A stretch of 64,000 bases of DNA, taken from the NCBI GenBank assembly GCA_002269645.1, contig NIVC01001347.1, positions 124,001 through 188,000 on the forward strand. Direction: 5' to 3'. Positions 11,531 through 21,246 of the stretch are shown piece after piece. Source of the DNA: Macrostomum lignano. Lineage: Eukaryota. The first letter of the stretch is position 1. Each line of letters begins with the position of its first letter. The translations under genes and the position numbers were made by a program. Below the pieces are notes generated by a model. The model worked only from the letters and a program-made list of their open reading frames with translations, was not told where the DNA came from and did not search any database.

Positions 11531-14500
11531 GTTACTCTATATCCCCGCCGAACCCCCCCCACCAAATCATTTGCTATTCATGTCGAGCAGGAGTTATTGC
11601 GGGAGTTGCTGAAAAATAAGGACTTGGGCACTTTCGAATTTCGTGATAGGCCGCAACTTTCAAGTAACTTATTGAGAAAGTGCTGCCTGCCAAAGAAAAA
11701 CAAACAAAATAAGCGTCAAAATAACGAGCACTATGGTTGATTCGAATAGGATCCAAAATCGGAGTACTTTATTTATGCTTTTGGAGTATACTTTTTAATA
11801 ACTTAGAGTTAATGACTCTTTTTATTGTCTTCTTTATTTTTATGAATCGCCTTTTACTATCATTTAAAGTTGTTCCAACCGAAGTAAAAGCCGACATGTA
11901 AAAGCAAACTAGTCACGGACAGAGCATAGATTTGCCTGCAAGATGGCGCAAAAACAGTATTTAGGAGGAACAAAGATAAGCCAATCCTCTAGCCAACGGA
12001 AGATCAGAAAAAGACCGAGCGGAAGAAGGGAACAGCTAATCTGCTTTTTCCCATTAGGTGTCTTGTCTATTTGGAGATTATTATATACCTCTACTGCTCG
12101 CAAAGTCAGACAGCAGGTACCGGCCGCGGCCGGTAATTACCTGGCAGCAGAAGCAGTCATATTGAACGAGCGACTGCAATTAAGTACGCAACTGAGCCTG
12201 GCTAATTGCGCGACCGGGAAAGTTCTCGCATAGGAAGGAAATGATTCCACAGAGCCAGCCGCCAATTTTTTTGCATTGATTCGAACAAGCCGATTCCAGA
12301 ACAAAAAAGGAATTATAAGAATGAACAAGGTTTGTAACACTTGCCATATCATCAGGAAACTAATTATGGTAGCAGTAAAAGTGCAATCAGTCAGACTTGT
12401 GCAATAGAAGCCAAATAAAGGTGGAAATACACCCGGTATTACTTGTAGATCTGCACATCATATGCATATTTACAATAGTAGTCTGTTTATAATAAGTTAC
12501 TAATCATATATTGAAGTTGAAAATGTGGAAAAGGGTGCCATTGCGAGCGTGGTGTGCTTACGCAAACGGGTTACATAAGCCGAAATAGAAATCCCTTAGT
12601 CCTAAAATCCCGAAAAATACACGATCCTGCAAATAACGTCTATCCTGGCTAGCGATACAATATTTATAATTATTTAAGCCTCCCTTCCAAGCTTCCATCG
12701 ATCAGCTACACACTACATTAGCAGACTCAGTAGAGTTTCGGCGGGAGCCAAAAAAGGTTACTTTCTAGCGCAGTCAACATGCAGCCAATTAGTTTTCGCT
12801 TTGTATAGCAAAAAATAATGAACGGCGCAGGCTATATCAACTAAAAACTGCTTGCGTTCATCAATCTGCAAGAAGTCTGATCTTTTCTGATAGAAAGCAT
12901 GAACAAATAGGCGGCGACGGCTTGGTGCTTATTGAATGAGTCCTGAAAGTGCAGCAGCTGCGCGTTATATTACTATTCTGTACATAAAACTAAGATCGTA
13001 GTACATATCTTTCTAGTGATAATTTCGGTAAGAATTCTTGAGAATTCAAGAGTCCCTAGGGTGATGCACTTAAGTAAACACTGCACTTCTCCTACGAGTC
13101 CCATTACTACAAAAACATTGGCCGAAAGGCGGTTTTTACTAACACCGGCCAGCATATCGTCCAACCTAGCCCACACGGAATTAATCACATTCACGTAGGG
13201 CCTATGGGAGAGCAAAACTGACTAAACAGACTGCTAGACGCGTCAATGCTGTAACGTTTTGCTTTGCCTCTACTGCTATTCTGAGGCAAGACCAGCTAAA
13301 CTAGATTGCGTACCAGCTAGTTGTTATGTCCACATGCAGACACAGCTGAAGAAGTAAAGCAAAAAAACAAAGATCGTAAATCCGGTTACAACCTGAGCTA
13401 TTAACGGTAAAGACTATCCAAAAACGTAACTCTTTACGAAAGGAGGTCTTCATTTATCTTATTGTTATTGAATTCATTCCTTCGAGTTATTCTGATTATT
13501 TTTATCAGACAAGATTCCTAAAAAATAGCATCCTGCTTGATTGTTAGAACTCAAAACCAATTTGTTATGCATGGTTGAGCTTTCAACTAATAGGATTTCA
13601 TCTCCCGTAGCAATTCGAAAGTTGGCTTCTGTAATAAAAGGCAAAATTGAATTTCAAAATAAGCCAATATACTCTACCCACGCAGTAAACTACTAGAGAA
13701 GGTAATTCACAGTTCCCAGTGCCGCTAACTGGTAGCATAATCTTACAAGGCCGCTATAGAAATTATGGAAAGGAATATAAATATTAAGGAATAACACAGA
13801 AAGGAGAAAGGCAGAAAGCAAACTAAGCATTGAGTTCGTCAAACATTTAGGCCGATCGGAGCAAACAGGGACTCAGCTGGATGCCAGCCATGGCGGCCAG
13901 CAAAAACGGCTCTTGGGGCGATTTACGATTTACAAAGCCGATTTATACAGCCGATCGCAAATTTTCTTTCTATAACGGAGGGTGAAAGCGGATAAGAAAG
14001 GGCCGAAGGGGAAGACGCACAAAAACAGCTCAGAAGTCGGCTGAGCAACAAGAAAAAGGAAAAGTTAATTTAGACACGAATTTAGCCAGAAAAATAAGGA
14101 CAATCCGTCTTCTACTTGAAATGCCAGAGTTTTCCTGCCGCGCAAATTATTTTAGCAATTTTTTTAGTCCTCTGCGTAATCACACTAGACTAGAGGCTGC
14201 TGTTTGCGTGCGCACGGAAGAATCTCCAGAGTTGAGTGAAGAGTGTGAAGACTCAAGAGGAAAAATACGTGTCGTTCGAAAAAGAACTAGAAATTTTTCT
14301 AATCTTAAAACCTTCCTTTCCCGTATGGTTCGAGTGTATCGCAACTCGGCGAGCCAAACTTTCAATATTCCAAATGGTAGAAAATCTCTTCACTCACTCA
14401 ATATTCGGTCCTCAGTACTGGAGCAGGAGAGCAGCTGGCTGAAGAGGATGCGGATTGACTAAAACTAACCGACCCATCTCCTCGTCGACTGGCAGCAGAT

Positions 14501-15344
14501 GGTGAGGTAAAGGACATCAGCTCAAGCTATCATCTTCTGGGGCAAGCACAGAGCGTACTAAGACCGTGTCATAGCGTCGCGCGCAGAGTTGACTTAGAAA
14601 TTAAACAACACACCAGCTCCCTATCGTCCACTCGTATCCCGGATCCAATCCTGAAAATTCTCAACTAGCAATCTACCGCGGCAGTCCCACTTCAACTGCG
14701 CGATAGAGCATAGCTTAGGAGGCTGGCCAGAGTCAGGGAAGAGCCTTTTTCGCCAACTTCCGTCCGATTCGATATTTTTCTTAGTTCTACTGACTAGATT
14801 CTCATACAGAAATTCACCCCTATCCCAGCTAGTCCCAACAGGGACCTGAATTGCGGAAGCGAGACCAACACGGAAGGAAGATGAAAAATAGAGGCTGGCG
14901 AACTGATATTGCAAGAAGGATCCAGTGGGATGACTTTATGGGTAGAAAAGACTTCGGGGACGGATTAGGGCGATAATTCGTTCTGCTAGCATTACTTTGA
15001 CTTAGCCGAAATGCTTGGAATCTCCTCTGCTATTGCAAGCTAGTCTAGGAGAAAATAAAAGACCATATACCACTCATTTCCCACGTCAGAATTTAAGACG
15101 ATATCTATTCGCACCAAAGCATGTGAAAATACAGACGTCAAAGAAAATTCTGGCAGTAATATTCGAGGCGCTGCCAATTTTCGTCAACTATTTTACTAGC
15201 CGAATTTCCGACGCATCTCGTAATTCACCAAGTGGCTTTTACTGGGAAATATTCTATTAAATTTATTTAACTCACCCACATTGATAAAGGCTATAAGCTA
15301 AGCGTTAGAATTGTCCAAGAAACTGCTTTGTCGCGCCTCACAAA

Positions 15345-17467
15345 GGGGATGTCAACTTAAGCACCAGAATGGAGCCCGAAGTTCAGCTCCGGACCAAACC
15401 GACTGCAATCGATAACTTGTCGGCCCAGACGACTAGAATCGCCGAGACATCCCATCCGGCTCCCTTCCTTGGGGTCCCAGGGATAAAGGGGATAAAATGG
15501 GGATCTCATGTCAACTTAAGGCTCTGGAATGGAGCCCGAAGTTCAGCTCCGGACCAAACCGACTGCAATCGATAACTTGTCGGCCCAGACGACTAGAATC
15601 GCCGAGACATCCCATCCGGCTCCCTTCCTTGGGGTCCCAGGGGATAAAGGGGATAAAATGGGGATCTCATGTCAACTTAAGGCTCTGGAATGGAGCCCGA
15701 AGTTCAGCTCCGGACCAAACCGACTGCAATCGATAACTTGTCGGCCCAGACGACTAGAATCGCCGAGACATCCCATCCGGCTCCCTTCCTTGGGGTCCCA
15801 GGGGATAAAGGGGATAAAATGGGGATCTCATGTCAACTTAAGGCTCTGGAATGGAGCCCGAAGTTCAGCTCCGGCCCAAACCGACTGCAATCGATAAGTT
15901 GTCGGCCCAGACGACTAGAATCGCCGAGACATCCCATCCGGCTCCCTTCCTTGGGGTCCCAGGGGATAAAGGGGATAAAATGGGGATCTCATGTCAACTT
16001 AAGGCCCTGGAATGGAGCCCGAAGTTCAGCTCCGGACCAAACCGACTGCAATCGATAACTTGTCGGCCCAGACGACTAGAATCGCCGAGACATCCCATCC
16101 GGCTCCACTCCTTGGGGTCCCAGGGGATAAAGGGGATAAAATGGGGATCTCATGTCAACTTAAGGCCCTGGAATGGAGCCCGAAGTTCAGCTCCGGACCA
16201 AACCGACTGCAATCGATAACTTGTCGGCCCAGACGACTAGAATCGCCGAGACATCCCATCCGGCTCCCTTCCTTGGGGTCCCAGGGGATAAAGGGGATAA
16301 AATGGGGATCTCATGTCAACTTAAGGCTCTGGAATGGAGCCCGAAGTTCAGCTCCGGACCAAACCGACTGCAATCGATAACTTGTCGGCCCAGACGACTA
16401 GAATCGCCGAGACATCCCATCCGGCTCCCTTCCTTGGGGTCCCAGGGGATAAAGGGGATAAAATGGGGATCTCATGTCAACTTAAGGCTCTGGAATGGAG
16501 CCCGAAGTTCAGCTCCGGACCAAACCGACTGCAATCGATAACTTGTCGGCCCAGACGACTAGAATCGCCGAGACATCCCATCCGGCTCCCTTCCTTGGGG
16601 TCCCAGGGGATAAAGGGGATAAAATGGGGATCTCATGTCAACTTAAGGCTCTGGAATGGAGCCCGAAGTTCAGCTCCGGACCAAACCGACTGCAATCGAT
16701 AACTTGTCGGCCCAGACGACTAGAATCGCCGAGACATCCCATCCGGCTCCCTTCCTTGGGTCCCAGGGGATAAAGGGGATAAAATGGGGATCTCATGTCA
16801 ACTTAAGGCTCTGGAATGGAGCCCGAAGTTCAGCTCCGTACCAAACCGACTGCAATCGATAACTTGTCGGCCCAGACGACTAGAATCGCCGAGACATCCC
16901 ATCCGGCTCCCTTCCTTGGGGTCCCAGGGGATAAAGGGGATAAAATGGGGATCTCGTGTCAACTTAAGGCTCTGGAATGGAGCCCGAAGTTCAGCTCCGG
17001 ACCAAACCGACTGCAATCGATAAGTTGTCGGCCCAGACGACTAGAATCGCCGAGACATCCCATCCGGCTCCCTTCCTTGGGGTCCCAGGGGATAAAGGGG
17101 ATAAAATGGGGATCTCATGTCAACTTAAGGCTCTGGAATGGAGCCCGAAGTTCAGCTCCGGACCAAACCGACTGCAATCGATAACTTGTCGGCCCAGACG
17201 ACTAGAATCGCCGAGACATCCCATCCGGCTCCCTTCCTTGGGGTCCCAGGGGATAAAGGGGATAAAATGGGGATCTCGTGTCAACTTAAGGCTCTGGAAT
17301 GGAGCCCGAAGTTCAGCTCCGGACCAAACCGACTGCAATCGATAAGTTGTCGGCCCAGACGACTAGAATCGCCGAGACATCCCATCCGGTTTCAAGTGAC
17401 GAAGCTCTATTCAATTCGAATATCGCATTAGCGGGTGTATTTTATTTCAGCTATTATACATTGATTG
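15345..17467 (+). repeat. Left TIR: 13 copies of a 161-bp unit plus an ~80-bp unique inner segment
   Basis: Period 161 (ORF starts 15529, 15690, 15851...). The inner segment CCGGTTTCAAGTGACGAAGCTCTATTC...CTATTATACATTG mirrors 21247-21330. Confidence 0.95.
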
Positions 17468-18073
17468 TTAAGTAATAAAAATGATTTGCTCGTATCGAAA
17501 CCTGTTAAAAATGCTGATCTGGAAACTCAGTTTGAAAAAATTAACTTGTAAATTCGTTTGGTTATTAGTAAGCAGAACTTTTGACGATAAACCGAAACCA
17601 TGTATATTGGTAAAATAAAGAATATCACGCAAGGCTGTACAAGTTATGACGTAATGGATACAAAGCATATCATGCAAAGCTGTACAAGTTATCAAAGTAA
17701 TAAAAACAAAGCATGTCATGCAAAGCAGCACACGTTTTTAAGCAAATAAAGTAACGCCTCTCACGCAAAGCTTAGTAAAATCATAATTGCAAAAGTTTCT
17801 CAGTCCTAAGAAACGGTTTTTGGGTTTAAGTTCTTTGCTTCAGTAAAAAATACTTCCAATTTTTAGTTAATTGTGAGTCTAAAAGAAATTGAAACAACTA
17901 ATTCAAAGCTTTTGTTATTTGATGTCAGTCTGAATTATCTTCACATGTAACCTATGGTACGTAAAGAATGCGTGAGATGACATTGTTTCTTAATCTGCAT
18001 GTCCTTTAAAATCTGCAATACAAAACGTACAGTACACTCGCTTAAAACAATTGTATTTTCGCTAAAAATGCTT

Positions 18074-21010
18074 TTACGAGTTTAAAAGTGCAACGAGCAC
18101 GATGCACTCAGGCTCACGTACGAACGGGTTATAGTCTGACGTAACTTTCATGTCGTCAATTCTCGTCCACACACAGCTCAGTACGCTTGCTGTGAAATGT
18201 CCCGATTTCAGTCGGTTTCCATGGTGTGATATTGTGGCCACTGGCTTACCAAGTGTAGAAACACCCCCTGACCTTGAAGAAAAGCTTACAGGAGTTTGAA
18301 GCTTAAGGTGGCCATCCATACTAGCACGATCAAGATATATCAGGGTAAACTTTCCAGGTGTTACTACGATCTCTTGATTACAATCGCCCAGGCAATTGGC
18401 GTCCGAACATTTCACTACCTGAGGAGCGACAAAAGCGCAGAAGATTTTGTCTAAACTGACAATTGAGCGCTCAAATTGACAGAGAGGAATGCAAATCACT
18501 CTGTTATCGATTGTGCCAACAGGAACTTCAGCACTTGTGCGCTGGCAATCCCGACAAGTTTGAATGAGTGAAAATTCTGTGAAAGCATCTGATGACAGAA
18601 ATTCCAGATGTATTAGAAGCGTTTGAACAAATTCGTTGACGCAATGGTGCTGATTTGTTTGAAATGAATCTGGATGTTGCAACCGAACTGCCGTTAACAG
18701 TGGAGTGACTGTTGCAGACCGCTGTTGCATCTCCGTCAGAAGACGAAGCAGCTCTCGATGGACTTGGTCGTTGCTAGTCTCTTTTAAAATGCATCCATTA
18801 GAATGCAGGCAGAGAAACAATTGCACTGCTGCATTTGCGTAGCACTGCAGGCCATTATTTGGCAACCCAAATAACTTCTTCGGCGAATTCAATGAACCAG
18901 TAGCATTTGAACTGTGCCTCTGTTCATCTTGCTGCGATTCAGCACTGTCTCTGCGAGGTGCATTTGGAGCTGGATGACCACCAGATTGATCATTGTAAAG
19001 ATTGGCAATCAGTGCTTTTGGCAAAGCACTGTCAATAAATCGGAAGCTGCTGCCGCACATGTTGTAGCTTTCGGGGTGATATGCATAACAGCCTAGCATT
19101 CTAACCACAGCCATAACATGACTGTCACACCCTGCTGTCCTGCTTCCGGCCTTTGAGGATGAAAAGTAGCCATGCAGACGCAGCAGCCCCGAGTCACGAA
19201 ATCCGAATCGGTTACCACTTGCAGTTTCGCAAATACGAAGGACAACTCGGTAAGTTTTTGACCGATGACGGGAATGAAGAACGGCTAAATATATCCAAGA
19301 TGGCCTCCATTCTCCAAACTTACTGCTCCACCCCTTTGGTGGCGCTCGCTGATGAAACTTCCAGCATTTTAAATGGCTTGGCAGTTCAGAAATCAACAAT
19401 TCGAAATCGCGCCACGAGTCTCCAGCGTAGCTACTGAGCACCTCATGAACTCTGACGTTTTCGATGTAGCGTTTTGACTGAAGAACGTGGTATGGGCCGA
19501 TGCTAAGCTCTTCCAGATTTCTTTCGTCAACGCTGGGGAACCCTGAACTTTCAGGGTCCAGGGGATCCACTGCTGTCCATTTTCGGGTAGAACTCGTTGG
19601 TATTCGAGTCAAATCGCAATTGTACTCAAGTTGCTCAATTTCGTCTAGCTCATTCGCAATGAAAAGACGTTTAGCAAAGTTCCGTCCGTATTCGAACATG
19701 GAGCAATCTGACCATGACGGCGGCAGACTCCTTGTAGCTTGAAATCCTGGATGCGAACGGTTGAATTTTGCCATGGAGTTTTCAATAACAACATCGAGCC
19801 GGCTGCGTTCGGTAAACTCTGGGGCATGTAGCCATTGGTACGGCTCCTGTCGCTCATTTATGCATTTGTCCTGCTTGATTGCAGCAAAGCTACATTCTAC
19901 GAGATAACGGAAAAGCGTAGCGCAGCGACTTGTATTTGCTTCGATTGATGTAAGCTTTCCTGGTATTGATCGGTCACCAACAGGAGCCTCATTATTTACA
20001 AATTCAAACTGCTCGTTTAGAACTCGGTCACCTGGACTGGTCGGAAATAGAAGCGTCGTGCAGCCTTTACTATTAGTCTCTATAAAGTCGCGGAAGTTAA
20101 CCGAAGTTGGTGAACAAAGTTGGTGGCTGTAACCTTTGTCGAAAATGCCAATAACGTGATAATCTTTCTGTACAGAGCACAGAATGCGCAACAAAATGGG
20201 CTCTATTAGTCCTTCAGCCTCCATGTCAACTTGCATTGCAGTCAAATTCCCATCGCCCATTGTTGGCGAGATAGCGGCGGTAAGGGGAGCGGTGTAGATA
20301 ATTTTTCCTCTACTGTTGACAACCGCCATTTTTTTGTTCACATTCATTTTCTTGCCGGAAAAGTAAGTTCGAATTTGCGTGTGGTGTGAGCTGCTCTTAG
20401 GGAGATAAAAGTAAGTATGATCACCCACTAGAAGAACAAGCTTCTTGCCTTTGAGTAGTGTGTGAAATACACCGAGAATAAATTGATCGCGTACTACATT
20501 TTCCTCAAGCAGAGTCTGAATCGGAGTCGACGCTATCGACCTCGGTTGATATGGATCCCGTAGGTACTGCTCCTTGGCAATCTCCCAAAAAATGTCGCAT
20601 GCTCTTTGGGCAGAAATGTTGAAATCGAAAGCTAATGATTGAAAGCTGCAACCTTGGCGAAGCTTCTTCAGGTACAAAAATATTCGAGATGGCTTTGTCA
20701 AAATACGAAGGCGAGATACTTCTGGTAACATTTCTGAGAAGCTATCGAAATCACTATAGCTAAGACCGCAAATACGTTTGAACTCCTTCTCATTTGCGGT
20801 TCGTGGAAAAAGGTTTGGGTTCAAAAAAACTTTCACATACTTACCACCGACCGCAAGAAACTGAAGCGCCTCTCGTGCGTTTCTCGGAGGCGCGAAGGCT
20901 CCAGACGATTCAGATGAGCAGCGACCACATCTAGTCGTTTCGAGATGTCGGTTCAAATTGGCTGCTTTGCTGAATTGATGACCACATTGAGAGCAAGTAA
21001 AATCGGACAT
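18074..21010 (-). CDS. Transposase-deubiquitinase fusion: C2H2 finger + HTH + DDE_Tnp_4-like transposase + degenerate SWIM-like finger + peptidase C19 (USP) domain, 978 aa from the first ATG
   Basis: CSQC-x12-H-x5-C. HTH RIFLYLKKLRQGCSFQSLAFDFNIS. DDE: GDHTYFYLPKSS, IFDKGY, RYLVECSFAAIK. USP Cys box GLPNNGLQCYANAAVQLF and His box HHGNRLKSGHFTA...WTRIDDMKV. The ORF track starts at TTG 21019; the first ATG is at 21010. Confidence 0.9.
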   Translation of the reverse strand: MSDFTCSQCGHQFSKAANLNRHLETTRCGRCSSESSGAFAPPRNAREALQFLAVGGKYVKVFLNPNLFPRTANEKEFKRICGLSYSDFDSFSEMLPEVSRLRILTKPSRIFLYLKKLRQGCSFQSLAFDFNISAQRACDIFWEIAKEQYLRDPYQPRSIASTPIQTLLEENVVRDQFILGVFHTLLKGKKLVLLVGDHTYFYLPKSSSHHTQIRTYFSGKKMNVNKKMAVVNSRGKIIYTAPLTAAISPTMGDGNLTAMQVDMEAEGLIEPILLRILCSVQKDYHVIGIFDKGYSHQLCSPTSVNFRDFIETNSKGCTTLLFPTSPGDRVLNEQFEFVNNEAPVGDRSIPGKLTSIEANTSRCATLFRYLVECSFAAIKQDKCINERQEPYQWLHAPEFTERSRLDVVIENSMAKFNRSHPGFQATRSLPPSWSDCSMFEYGRNFAKRLFIANELDEIEQLEYNCDLTRIPTSSTRKWTAVDPLDPESSGFPSVDERNLEELSIGPYHVLQSKRYIENVRVHEVLSSYAGDSWRDFELLISELPSHLKCWKFHQRAPPKGWSSKFGEWRPSWIYLAVLHSRHRSKTYRVVLRICETASGNRFGFRDSGLLRLHGYFSSSKAGSRTAGCDSHVMAVVRMLGCYAYHPESYNMCGSSFRFIDSALPKALIANLYNDQSGGHPAPNAPRRDSAESQQDEQRHSSNATGSLNSPKKLFGLPNNGLQCYANAAVQLFLCLHSNGCILKETSNDQVHRELLRLLTEMQQRSATVTPLLTAVRLQHPDSFQTNQHHCVNEFVQTLLIHLEFLSSDAFTEFSLIQTCRDCQRTSAEVPVGTIDNRVICIPLCQFERSIVSLDKIFCAFVAPQVVKCSDANCLGDCNQEIVVTPGKFTLIYLDRASMDGHLKLQTPVSFSSRSGGVSTLGKPVATISHHGNRLKSGHFTASVLSCVWTRIDDMKVTSDYNPFVREPECIVLVALLNS

Positions 21011-21246
21011 TACTAGCAAGTATAAAACGCAATCTGCAACAAATCTGCACCTGTCATAAAACTAAGTAAGAAAAACTGACCAAAACCTTAACTTCATTAA
21101 TATATCACTTAAAATATATCACTTAAACTAATGCTACAAATACTTGACGCACAGTATCAAAAATCTCTCGCCTAAAGTGGTCAAATCAAAACCGCGAAAA
21201 CATTCTCAAAAATCCGGAAAAATTAAACGACGGAAATATTACAATG

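Noticed and set aside
12973-13215. Short ORF with WARLDD resembling the USP His-box tail
   Set aside because: No GH motif, Cys box or other support; chance similarity.
14121-15260. Several 60-113-aa ORFs left of the transposon
   Set aside because: No recognisable domain, splice pattern or composition bias.
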